From: a virus | Lineage: Duplodnaviria > Heunggongvirae > Uroviricota > Caudoviricetes | IMG/VR virus record: IMGVR_UViG_3300050821_010761 | Coordinates: 40,808-104,807 of that record | Direction: 5' to 3' (one strand) | Length of the DNA stretch: 64,000 nt | Part shown: piece after piece, positions 54,090-62,998 of the stretch | Layout of the letters: each line of letters starts with the position of its first letter | How positions within the stretch are numbered: position 1 is the first letter of the stretch | The notes under the pieces: generated by a model | The model's input: the letters and a program-made list of their open reading frames with translations, nothing else | The model's database searches: none | Told to the model about the DNA's origin: nothing | Program-made: the position numbers and the translations under genes

Positions 54090-54734
54090 TTAAGCCTTAC
54101 CGATTGATTCTTGAATCTGATCTAGAATCACATCTAGTTGTTTTTTAACGCCTTCCAAGCTTTCATTCGCATTCACGAAAAATTTCTCAATTCCATTACA
54201 TTCAGAAAGATATTTTTCAAATGATTTACGCACCTTCTCTTGAAACTCGACACCCTTCATTTCTATCGCGTCCATCCCTTCTCCACGTTTTATACGACGT
54301 TTTAAGGCAGTTTCCGTATTAACGTCAAAATAAATGACGATATCTGGTAAAGCGGTCTGTTTTGCCATGAAATTTTCAAATAGCGCCATTACAAATGCCT
54401 GAGAAGTATTATGTAAACCGTACGCCAAATGCGAAAAGTATCCGCGATCAGAAATAATTAAGTCTGGTGAATCTTTACTTTTTTTCAAATTTTTAAGCCA
54501 TATGTCGCTTTCTATTCTCATAGCAGAAAAAATAAGTTCCATGGTTTCTCCGCTCATGTTATTTTTTGGATCTAGTACCAATTCACGCATTTTTATGCAT
54601 GAATCTACATGTGGATTGCCCACCTCCCTAGTTTCTATGGCTGACAAGTTTCGTTTTTTTGCTTCTTCCACCAAATATTTTAGACCAGTGGTTTTGCCAG
54701 ATCCATCAACTCCTTCGCATTCTATCTTAATCAT
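54090..54734 (-). CDS. tmk: thymidylate kinase
   Basis: IECEGVDGSGKTT, TREVG, LIFSAMR, SDRGYFSHLAYG. Confidence 0.92.
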   Translation of the reverse strand: MIKIECEGVDGSGKTTGLKYLVEEAKKRNLSAIETREVGNPHVDSCIKMRELVLDPKNNMSGETMELIFSAMRIESDIWLKNLKKSKDSPDLIISDRGYFSHLAYGLHNTSQAFVMALFENFMAKQTALPDIVIYFDVNTETALKRRIKRGEGMDAIEMKGVEFQEKVRKSFEKYLSECNGIEKFFVNANESLEGVKKQLDVILDQIQESIGKA

Positions 54735-55533
54735 TTTTCCTAGTCCTTTTGTATCCCAATGTTTTTAATTTACTTAAGTCCCACAATTCTGAATTGGCAT
54801 GTACGATTTTGAACCAATCCCATTTTTCCTGGGCATCCTTCCAGAAATGTCCCTTTATTTCTACATACACATTTTCTTTTTCAAGAAAGAAATCTGGGCG
54901 ATATGTTCTGCCATCAGGCATGATAAAAACGTCTTTCTGCCAAGAAAAATCTATCATGTTTTTGTTCAAATAGTCAACAACAAAGTTTTCATATGATCCA
55001 ACACAACAAAGGACTTCACTTGTTTTCCAGTGTATCATATTTGTTGATTTTAGTTGAGATTTCATAGACTTAGAGAAAAAAGCATCGCTTTGCATGGTAT
55101 GACTAATGCCATATCTTTTCTCCATGGTACTTTTCATTTTCGACATCTTACCATTTGGGTGCCCACATCTTTTTTCAAGAACGTTCCTTGCAGTAGTCCA
55201 CCATTCTCCATATTGTTCATCTATAAATCTGGCTTTCTTATTCAAGCCGTAAAATGTTGAAATATCTATAGAAATTCCTTTTGGTAACGTATATCTTTTT
55301 AATGTCTCATTTAGTTTTTTTGCAGAAGATTTTTCCCTACCTCTATTTTTATGCAAATGTCCCCGAGCCACATTCAAAGGAAATGCCCACCACTCTCCGT
55401 ATTTTTCGTCTATGAATCTAGCCTTATTATGGGTATGAGTATACGTAGATTCGTCAAGTTTAACATATTCTGGAAGAGAATTTTTGAGGGTTTGGAGAGC
55501 TTTAAATTTCATTTTATCTATGTAGTCACTCAT
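54727..55533 (-). CDS. homing endonuclease-like protein (PD-(D/E)xK)
   Basis: Two ARFIDExYGEWW repeats; C-terminal YRPDF...YVEIKG; preceded by TTGTAT-17-TAATCT, ATG 7 nt later. Confidence 0.7.
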   Translation of the reverse strand: MSDYIDKMKFKALQTLKNSLPEYVKLDESTYTHTHNKARFIDEKYGEWWAFPLNVARGHLHKNRGREKSSAKKLNETLKRYTLPKGISIDISTFYGLNKKARFIDEQYGEWWTTARNVLEKRCGHPNGKMSKMKSTMEKRYGISHTMQSDAFFSKSMKSQLKSTNMIHWKTSEVLCCVGSYENFVVDYLNKNMIDFSWQKDVFIMPDGRTYRPDFFLEKENVYVEIKGHFWKDAQEKWDWFKIVHANSELWDLSKLKTLGYKRTRKND

Positions 55534-55583
55534 TTACATAAGATTACCATTAATGGTATACATATACAAATAATAAAGAAGAG

Positions 55584-55591
55584 CAATCTTT
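55584..55591 (+). promoter_or_regulatory. candidate late promoter motif YAATCTTW
   Basis: CAATCTTT; AATCTT ends 28 nt before the ATG. Confidence 0.5.
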
Positions 55592-55618
55592 GTCTAAAGT
55601 ACCGTCCTTGGAGAAAAA

Positions 55619-56071
55619 ATGCGCTTAAGTGCTAATATCATTGTAAATTATGCAAACACTAACCAATTTGCTTATGCAAATCAGTGGATAATCCGTGCTG
55701 GCGACCCGAATACGCTGTACTTTCAGATAGTTGATCTAGATCAAAATATCAACAACACTAATGGATCAAATGGTCAAAATTCCAACGGTCCAACTTCCAG
55801 TTTGAGATACATGCTTGGTTGTGGCGCTGGAACCACTCCTTATTCTGTTCAAGTAAAATTTTGCTCGATCGATGATACTAAAACTCTTGTCGTACAGGCT
55901 CAGCAAGCTGATGACTGTGATAGTTCTGTATGGTCGGTTAGCCTATCTGGCAATCAAATTGTTGCCGCTGGAAACGTCTACATTGCCGTAACCGAAGGCA
56001 ATTCTACCCGAACTTTTAAGCTAATGAATGCTCTATCTGTCGAGTATAATTCGACTTGTGGGTCTTGCTAG
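55619..56071 (+). CDS. probable virion structural protein
   Basis: 150 aa beta-rich; first gene of a late operon. Confidence 0.7.
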   Translation: MRLSANIIVNYANTNQFAYANQWIIRAGDPNTLYFQIVDLDQNINNTNGSNGQNSNGPTSSLRYMLGCGAGTTPYSVQVKFCSIDDTKTLVVQAQQADDCDSSVWSVSLSGNQIVAAGNVYIAVTEGNSTRTFKLMNALSVEYNSTCGSC

Positions 56072-56904
56072 TGGATTTCAGAGAGACTGGACAAAAAACA
56101 TCGGGTACAGCAGTATATCCCGTTCACGCACAACAAACGTCTGGACTTTTAACCAGATGTGAGCCTTTACTTGATGTCAATAAATTCAAGCGCATATTCT
56201 TGACTGGCATTCCCCTAAGACTCAGAACTGGCGGAGTGATTACAGACGAAATCATCAGAGAAAGACTAAATTGGGCAATGAATGAAGCAGAGTTGATGAT
56301 TGGTTCCACTATCACACGTGAAGCCTTCATGCACAAAGTTCCATTCGATTATGCTTTATATAAATCCTACATTCACATCATGGCAGAAAAGGGTCCTATT
56401 ATTAGCCTTGAATCTTTAGCAATTGTGAGCGCCGACAATAACAATATTTTTACAATTCCCCCAACTTGGATCGAATGTACAAACTTCTCGAAGCGTTTGA
56501 TCAACGTCGTTCCACTTTTGGCTGCATATGGTGTCAACCAAGTTGGTGGTGCCGTAGGTAATGCTGGTATAGCATTTTTGACTGTCATGGATGGTCTTAA
56601 TTGGGTTCCTGCTTATTGGCAGATTAATTATACGGCTGGTCTTTCCAATACAGAAGGCCAAGTACCAATTCCAGTGAACGAGCTTATCGGTACAATTGCT
56701 GCCATTGATTTGTTGAGCATGATCGCAGCCACTTTCCTCTTCAACTCACAATCGCAAAGTCAAGACGGTATCAGTCAAAGTAGTTCTGGTCCAGGACCAA
56801 ACGTATACGCGAGACGTATAGAAGACCTAGAGAAAAAACGTGAAGTGCTCAAGAAACAGCTGAGATCGATTTTTTCGAACAGATATCTTGTCGGGAATTT
56901 CTAA
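56071..56904 (+). CDS. head-tail adaptor/neck protein
   Basis: YTAG...IPVPVNELIG, SQSQDGISQS pattern typical of head completion proteins; probable GTG start overlapping TAG. Confidence 0.65.
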   Translation: MDFRETGQKTSGTAVYPVHAQQTSGLLTRCEPLLDVNKFKRIFLTGIPLRLRTGGVITDEIIRERLNWAMNEAELMIGSTITREAFMHKVPFDYALYKSYIHIMAEKGPIISLESLAIVSADNNNIFTIPPTWIECTNFSKRLINVVPLLAAYGVNQVGGAVGNAGIAFLTVMDGLNWVPAYWQINYTAGLSNTEGQVPIPVNELIGTIAAIDLLSMIAATFLFNSQSQSQDGISQSSSGPGPNVYARRIEDLEKKREVLKKQLRSIFSNRYLVGNF

Positions 56905-57965
56905 TGGCTGCGGCGGCGAAAAGAGGCGAGGGCGTCCACAACAGCTACAAAGAAGAAGCAAAAAAAGGATGCGACGTATTATTCCGCGTAAAGATTAAAG
57001 GTAGAAAAACTCTTGTTGATGATATTCCTCTGCATATGTCACTTAAAATTTTTAGTGATCCCAAGGAATACGACTTAGATGAACTTAAGTCTTATGTAAA
57101 AGAACATGATATTTGCTCGCCAGATCCTAAAGATCTCAAATTAACTCCCATCATCTTCACCGCAGAAAAATCGAAACTCGATTACTATATGCTTAAGATA
57201 GAGGGTTTGCCTCCAAAATATAAAGCTCTATATGATCATTATAAGCATGTCGGTAATGTTTACAAAGAATTCATGACTCACGTCACCATAGATAAAGCGT
57301 TGTATGATGATTTGAAAGAAAATGGCATAAAAGCAGAAGATATAGAATTTGGTCCACTAATGGTAGAGCATGGTTCAAATAACGCCATTCATACTTTCGA
57401 CAAATCGGAAAAACTGGACAAAGGTATTAAACACGTTGCTGCTGCTCTTGGAGTAGTTGGCGCTATGGCTTCTCAGCCAGCAAAAGCTCCTGCTCCCCAA
57501 GCTGATCGTTCACCTGCTATGGTACAGCCAAATGCCTATAGTAGCAAAAGAATGCTTAATACTATATCATCAGTGGAAAGTCAACACGGCAAGTTTCAAA
57601 ATCATAAGCCCGTTGGTGGTATTCACGGTGGGGAGAGCGCTTATGGCAAATATGCTCTTATGCCTGCGACTATCAGAGACACCATCCATATGGATCCTCA
57701 ATTAAAAATCAAGCATGCAAAAGCTATGAATCTACGTGGCGATGATATGCGACGCTACATGGAAGATAATCCAGGATTAGAAGATACGATAGCGCAGAAA
57801 CATTTATCAAGATTAGAGCATCACTTTGGACAAAATCCAGAGAAAATTGGTTATGCATGGCTTAACGGTGTTCGCGGTACCTATAAGGCTGGCAAGAATA
57901 AGATGGACATTTCGAATCACTGGCATGTGAAAAAAATAAAAGATGCCTATTCAAAGGAAAAATAA
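56904..57965 (+). CDS. 2H phosphoesterase (Acb1-like) fused to a lysozyme/lytic transglycosylase-like domain
   Basis: HxS LHMSL and HxT THVTI about 80 aa apart; C-terminal ISSVESQHG...AYGKYALMP...AWLNG. Confidence 0.7.
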   Translation: MAAAAKRGEGVHNSYKEEAKKGCDVLFRVKIKGRKTLVDDIPLHMSLKIFSDPKEYDLDELKSYVKEHDICSPDPKDLKLTPIIFTAEKSKLDYYMLKIEGLPPKYKALYDHYKHVGNVYKEFMTHVTIDKALYDDLKENGIKAEDIEFGPLMVEHGSNNAIHTFDKSEKLDKGIKHVAAALGVVGAMASQPAKAPAPQADRSPAMVQPNAYSSKRMLNTISSVESQHGKFQNHKPVGGIHGGESAYGKYALMPATIRDTIHMDPQLKIKHAKAMNLRGDDMRRYMEDNPGLEDTIAQKHLSRLEHHFGQNPEKIGYAWLNGVRGTYKAGKNKMDISNHWHVKKIKDAYSKEK

Positions 57966-58475
57966 ATGCAATTAACTCCAAATGAGATATCAGACATAGA
58001 AGAAATCGGTTTATTAAACGGTACGCCAGTTAAGATGATTCGTACCCGTGGCGGATTTCATATAGCCGTTGGCAGACCAAAAGGTAAAATGCAAGAAGAG
58101 GCACTCGCTGCTGGCTCCCATCCTGCAATCGTAAAGTATAACGTGGAGCGTCAACATCCAGATTTCCAACCTTCTATGATGAAAAGTGAACTTCTTTCTA
58201 GTCCTACTAAAGTTGAAAAACATTCACATTTCCTTTCTGATGATTTAAGAAAATCTGGCCATGATTTGTATTCTGTACAATCTGGTGAAAAAATAGAATT
58301 TCAGATTACCAAACAAAACGCAAAAGTATCTTCAGTAAATAGCTCCTTAGACAAAGGCGTTTTGGTTTTCAGTGATATGAATATTGATAAGAAGTTTGCT
58401 AGAGCCCTTGCTGGAGCAACTTCCGAAAAGGCTCTTTCTTGTGGTGCGAAGAAGATAAGAGTGGAGGGCAAATAA
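57966..58475 (+). CDS. hypothetical protein
   Basis: 169 aa, two segments joined at MMKSE. Confidence 0.7.
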   Translation: MQLTPNEISDIEEIGLLNGTPVKMIRTRGGFHIAVGRPKGKMQEEALAAGSHPAIVKYNVERQHPDFQPSMMKSELLSSPTKVEKHSHFLSDDLRKSGHDLYSVQSGEKIEFQITKQNAKVSSVNSSLDKGVLVFSDMNIDKKFARALAGATSEKALSCGAKKIRVEGK

Positions 58476-58643
58476 GTGGCAAATAAAAAGATAAAATCTT
58501 GTAAAAAATCTACGAATGTTCGCGCAAAACAGGGAATGAACGCATCTGAATGGGACGCATTCATGAAAACGGTTGAATCTGTAAAGACAGAAGCAGACGA
58601 AAAACTTAAAGAAATTTCGCAAATTTGTTTAAAGAGAGCATAA
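58476..58643 (+). CDS. small hypothetical protein (55 aa, GTG start, not in ORF track)
   Basis: Fills the gap exactly and ends in a TAATG overlap. Confidence 0.5.
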   Translation: MANKKIKSCKKSTNVRAKQGMNASEWDAFMKTVESVKTEADEKLKEISQICLKRA

Positions 58644-59608
58644 TGGCAGATAACGGCGCTAATGATCCAAATAAACCGCTCGATCTAAGTGCGGATCTAC
58701 AAATCGATGCTATTCCAGAATATGCACCGTATGTACAGATGTCTTTCGATCTTGATAGATTGGAGGATTTCGTAGTTGGTCTTGGAGTCGAGTTCCTTCA
58801 CTATAAAGGACTGCCTAGCCCTATTGGTAAGAAGGATCGTGGTGACTATCGTAGAAGCGATGGCGTAGATACAATTACGTCAAACGGCATGATTTATACC
58901 ATGGCTGGTCGTTTTACTGCCACTATGACAGACAATAGCAAAACTCGTGAAAGAAACAGCGGCAGCGTATTGGATGCATCTGAGAGTAAACTGGTAATGC
59001 CTCGTTTTTATAACAACTTAGGTCTGGCCGATGGGGATAGGATATATCTTTCTCCTGGTGATAGAATCTATGTAGCCGACCCAACTGTCGACGTTTTGGT
59101 CAGCAATCCACAACAAATGGACTATACTTTTGATCAAGACAACGTTCCCATGTTTCCGATTGTAAAAATGGAAGTACCGCTCATTGACAGTCGTGGCTTC
59201 GAATACGTGGAAAATGTCGATTATGCAATCACCAAAGATGGCAATATTCGGTGGATCACTGGCGGAAGAAATCCTGGGATTGACCCAAGTACTGGAAAAG
59301 GCAGGATTTATTCAATAAGATATCTTTACAGATCTTATTGGTATATTACGATTCTCTTGAAAGAAGTAAGAGTTACAAATATTACGGAAAATGGCGTCAG
59401 AACACCAGAACGCATGCCTATGCATGCCATTGCACAAAGAGAATATATTTATCATAATCAAAATCGTGGTAATGCGTTGAATCAAAACAAGCCTAAAGAT
59501 CCGAAAAGAGTGGATTTACCACCAGTTGAGTCAGAAAATCCAGCTAAATATGGTAATGGCATTAAAGTAGAAATGGATGCTTATGGTGATGGGGACGAAG
59601 AGTCCTAG
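58643..59608 (+). CDS. neck/head-tail structural protein
   Basis: Start reassigned to MADNG; beta-rich; YSIRY, RMPMHAI; located in the neck operon. Confidence 0.65.
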   Translation: MADNGANDPNKPLDLSADLQIDAIPEYAPYVQMSFDLDRLEDFVVGLGVEFLHYKGLPSPIGKKDRGDYRRSDGVDTITSNGMIYTMAGRFTATMTDNSKTRERNSGSVLDASESKLVMPRFYNNLGLADGDRIYLSPGDRIYVADPTVDVLVSNPQQMDYTFDQDNVPMFPIVKMEVPLIDSRGFEYVENVDYAITKDGNIRWITGGRNPGIDPSTGKGRIYSIRYLYRSYWYITILLKEVRVTNITENGVRTPERMPMHAIAQREYIYHNQNRGNALNQNKPKDPKRVDLPPVESENPAKYGNGIKVEMDAYGDGDEES

Positions 59609-59615
59609 CCCACGA

Positions 59616-59623
59616 CAATCTTT
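59616..59623 (+). promoter_or_regulatory. candidate late promoter motif YAATCTTW
   Basis: CAATCTTT; AATCTT ends 28 nt before the ATG. Confidence 0.5.
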
Positions 59624-59650
59624 AATAAATATAAGGAAAATGGAGTAGTT

Positions 59651-60163
59651 ATGCCAAACATTCGAGAGCGTCAAATACCAGGTGATCAATCACGAGATAT
59701 GTCAACCATTGAGTTGTTGACATACAACGAAAAAGCGGGAGCAAGAAAAAGCGTAGAAGTTGGTCGAGCCCTAATACCGCTCGGAGATGGAGCAGGTGGA
59801 TTTACCACTAATGCTGCTACTGCACCAAGAATTCTTCCAAGTGCTGGTATTAACCTTGCAATTTACAATAATTCTGGTGCGGTTGGTTCGATCACAGTTG
59901 GCGATAACACTATGGTATCACAAGCTCCTGGTGCAGTGCAAATTTCTGGATCCAACGTTTTTGTCGGTGTTCCAGTGCAACCTAATGGTTGGCTATATCT
60001 GTCTTCTGCACAGTGGAATTGGGTCGCTGCTAGCGCTTCCACGTTGTTAGTCTTCATCATCGACGATCCTACTTACATGTTTACTTTGCCTGCTACCGTG
60101 TCTAGCAATCCGCAACAAACGGCTGCTCCTCAAGGCGCTCCAGTAAACGAGCCCAATACATAA
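59651..60163 (+). CDS. probable virion structural protein
   Basis: 170 aa beta-rich. Confidence 0.65.
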   Translation: MPNIRERQIPGDQSRDMSTIELLTYNEKAGARKSVEVGRALIPLGDGAGGFTTNAATAPRILPSAGINLAIYNNSGAVGSITVGDNTMVSQAPGAVQISGSNVFVGVPVQPNGWLYLSSAQWNWVAASASTLLVFIIDDPTYMFTLPATVSSNPQQTAAPQGAPVNEPNT

Positions 60164-60175
60164 TAGGAGCGCAAG

Positions 60176-61114
60176 GTGTCCTCTGGCGCTAATTTCTTTT
60201 TAAAGAAAACACTAGGCGAAGATTTTCTTCAGTCATTGGAGAAATTTGAATTGTGGAAGATGGGAACTAAAACCGTCGTAGATCCAGAAGAAATTAAAAT
60301 TGCGCTAAAAATCGTTCCACGCACTCTAATGAGCATGCTTATTCATAATTTGACTAGCATGGAAATCGGCGATACCAAAGAAATAGAGATTCCAGTCGAG
60401 AGTAGTAGTCCTCATCAAGCCATGGTCAGAGTCAATAAGCACGAGAGGGACGTTTACTCTGGTGAGATCGAGCAAGGCAACAAAAAGATAGCGGAATTCA
60501 AATATCGTTCTATCCCTGGTGTTGGTTTGGTTATCATGAGCGCTCTAGAGCTTTATGATGTTGAAAGACTCAATGATCATTCTAAAGACCACTCTATGGA
60601 AATGGAACATAAAGTCCAAAGAATGATTGATGATCGCCTAGCATTACACGATTTAATCGGTAAGGTTGTTGACAAGAAGTTATCCGAACGTGAAGCCATA
60701 CAAAAGGTGATTCTTCATAAACTTACAGAAGAACTTCATAGAGAGAAAGAAGGCGTTGGTCCTAGTGAGCAAGTAAGACAATTACACGAAACGCAGGATG
60801 AACTTAGAAAAGAAAATAAAAAATTAAAAAAGAAACTTGCACTTAATGAGTTCTTAGAAGAGAGAAAGAAAAAGTTACACAAAAAAGAACACCCAATATC
60901 TCTTTCCAAGGGTGAGCACGTTTCTTGTCCAGATTGCGGTAAAAACATATTCGACGGTACGGTATTTGCTGGCTGTATTTGTTATGGCGACGATATGGAT
61001 AAAAAATTATACATTACCAAATCAGAAGGTGGAGTAAAAGTAAGATTCGGTAAAGGATGGGATCCAGAAAATATTGAAATGCTATTGGATGTCCTGAGAG
61101 GCAAACGTGGATAA
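60176..61114 (+). CDS. hypothetical protein with coiled coil and C-terminal zinc ribbon
   Basis: GTG start; LSKGE then CPDCG...CIC. Confidence 0.7.
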   Translation: MSSGANFFLKKTLGEDFLQSLEKFELWKMGTKTVVDPEEIKIALKIVPRTLMSMLIHNLTSMEIGDTKEIEIPVESSSPHQAMVRVNKHERDVYSGEIEQGNKKIAEFKYRSIPGVGLVIMSALELYDVERLNDHSKDHSMEMEHKVQRMIDDRLALHDLIGKVVDKKLSEREAIQKVILHKLTEELHREKEGVGPSEQVRQLHETQDELRKENKKLKKKLALNEFLEERKKKLHKKEHPISLSKGEHVSCPDCGKNIFDGTVFAGCICYGDDMDKKLYITKSEGGVKVRFGKGWDPENIEMLLDVLRGKRG

Positions 61115-62975
61115 TTTCAGATGGATTGTCAACTATGATGGTGATGATGCTGGACGCATGATTGGCCGAGCAATTTTGTCTAACCAGTTGGGTGCATTGC
61201 ATGAGGCATCGGATAGGATAAAACTTGGTAACGAGATAGTAGAAAAATGGTCAAATGATCATGGAGGTGTCACTATATCTAATGGCGGTGACCAGGGTGC
61301 ATTTGAAGTTCCCCATGAAGCACTTGAGAGTCTCGATCAACTAATGAGAGATTATCATTTTGCTACTCAGCTTACTATGTCGATGGGAGTAGGTAAAACT
61401 CTATCTGAATCTGGAAAAGCATTGTTAGCTGCAAAATTTAGAGGTAAGAATCAAATTGTATATTATGATTTTTCCGTAGAAAATGACTTAGAAAAAGTAA
61501 AAAATAATTTAACGCATGGCACTGCTTCCGAAGAAGAAAAAAAACAGGGCGAAGCTTACTTACAACCAACTGAACAGGAAATTCCAATGGACGAGAAAGA
61601 TAAATATAAAAACGCGTACGCGCAAACAGATCCAGAACCATTGTGGAATTCCGAAGAACCTGACGATGCTGGTGGTCCACAACCAATGCATGATTCTGAA
61701 CAGCTTCCAACAGACGGTACATTAACGCAGGAACACGATTGTCCTTACTGTAATGAACTACAAGCCCAAAATATAACCGATGAAGATTGTCCATACTGCG
61801 CTGACACTGGACATGATCCCAATGCACCTGATCATTTGGATGATTGCCAATATTGTGCCGTAATGAGCCACGATCCAGATATGGAAGGTCATACTGATGA
61901 TTGCGCTTATTGTCAAGAAATGGCAATGCACGATCCTATGATGGATGGTCATGCCGATGATTGTCCGTATTGCGCTAGATCGCATGATCCAAACATGGAA
62001 GGTCACCCAGAAGATTGTCAATATTGTGCTAGAGCAGATCAATGGAATGGCGGGAATGGTCAAGAGATCGAACCTAGCAGCCCTTCTTCTCAAGTACTGC
62101 CTACCACTCAAGATAGCCAGGATTATGATGGTCAGGACTTACCTCGTCCCGATCTAGATAAACCGTCGGCTATTTCTGCGGTTCCATCAGGACTTGGATT
62201 TAATACGGATTCACAAACAAATGAAAATATCAAGTTAGAAGATACGCAAGGAAAGCAAGATCCAAATATGGATGCTCAAATGGCTCAAGCTAGCAATCCA
62301 GAGGGTCAAGAGACTGTCAACGATATCATTGGTGAAATTGATGCAGTTCCTACCGATGAAGTTCCAGGAAGACCGAAAATTAATCAGACCGACGATGCTA
62401 ACATGGCCATTGGCACTAATATGGAAGGCAACGTAAGCAGAGAAGATAGTTACAGTCAGGATGTTCCTACTGATTTGGGACTTGGAGAAGAACCAGACAA
62501 TGATTCCCCAGACATTAGTTCAGTCCTTAAAGAAGGTTTAGACAATCACGCCGATAGTATTAAACGTGAGAAAGTCATGGAAATGGTCGGCGAAGCTTTG
62601 GAAGGTTTTAAGGCTAGTAAAATGATTATTGAGAGAGCTAAAACTGAAGCTCCCCAATTCTATCAGTCGTCCATTGCGATGCTTAAAGCTATGATCGAGA
62701 TGTGTAAGATGCTTGGTTTAGACCAACAACAAGCGATGACTCCATCTGGCGTTTTAAATCCACAAGCGTCAGCCGATGAACCAATAGTTGATTCGAAAGA
62801 TCAAGTAGAAGATCCTGAAGCTTCGTATGAAGCACACATGAGCCAGCCTGGTAATACGCCAATGGGTGGACCAGAAAGTGCTGAACAAGACGGGCATCCA
62901 AACTACTCGAATCTTTTTCCTCCTCACCCAGATGGGAAGGCGGGAAACTCCGACCCAAAGCTTCAGGGGTTATAG
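61107..62975 (+). CDS. mCpol (minimal CRISPR polymerase) domain protein with His/Cys repeats and acidic linker
   Basis: YDGDDAGR...GGVTISNGGDQ...TMSMGVG..LSE...ALLAAKFRGKNQI in the first ~120 aa; six DCxYC repeats. Confidence 0.8.
   Translation: MDNFRWIVNYDGDDAGRMIGRAILSNQLGALHEASDRIKLGNEIVEKWSNDHGGVTISNGGDQGAFEVPHEALESLDQLMRDYHFATQLTMSMGVGKTLSESGKALLAAKFRGKNQIVYYDFSVENDLEKVKNNLTHGTASEEEKKQGEAYLQPTEQEIPMDEKDKYKNAYAQTDPEPLWNSEEPDDAGGPQPMHDSEQLPTDGTLTQEHDCPYCNELQAQNITDEDCPYCADTGHDPNAPDHLDDCQYCAVMSHDPDMEGHTDDCAYCQEMAMHDPMMDGHADDCPYCARSHDPNMEGHPEDCQYCARADQWNGGNGQEIEPSSPSSQVLPTTQDSQDYDGQDLPRPDLDKPSAISAVPSGLGFNTDSQTNENIKLEDTQGKQDPNMDAQMAQASNPEGQETVNDIIGEIDAVPTDEVPGRPKINQTDDANMAIGTNMEGNVSREDSYSQDVPTDLGLGEEPDNDSPDISSVLKEGLDNHADSIKREKVMEMVGEALEGFKASKMIIERAKTEAPQFYQSSIAMLKAMIEMCKMLGLDQQQAMTPSGVLNPQASADEPIVDSKDQVEDPEASYEAHMSQPGNTPMGGPESAEQDGHPNYSNLFPPHPDGKAGNSDPKLQGL
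61734..62030 (+). repeat. tandem peptide repeats HDPxMxGHxDDCxYC
   Basis: Six DCxYC units, four preceded by HDP...H. Confidence 0.9.
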
Positions 62976-62998
62976 GGCAACCCGTAGGAAAACTGCCC
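62942..62998 (+). promoter_or_regulatory. candidate programmed -1 ribosomal frameshift signal
   Basis: In-frame heptamers G GGA AAC (62942) and C CCA AAG (62954); H-type pseudoknot GGGTT/AACCC plus GGGC/GCCC 6 nt downstream. Confidence 0.65.

Noticed and set aside
62973-62987. TAG readthrough or genome-wide stop-codon reassignment
   Set aside because: A second in-frame TAG follows after three codons, and long genes are intact under code 11
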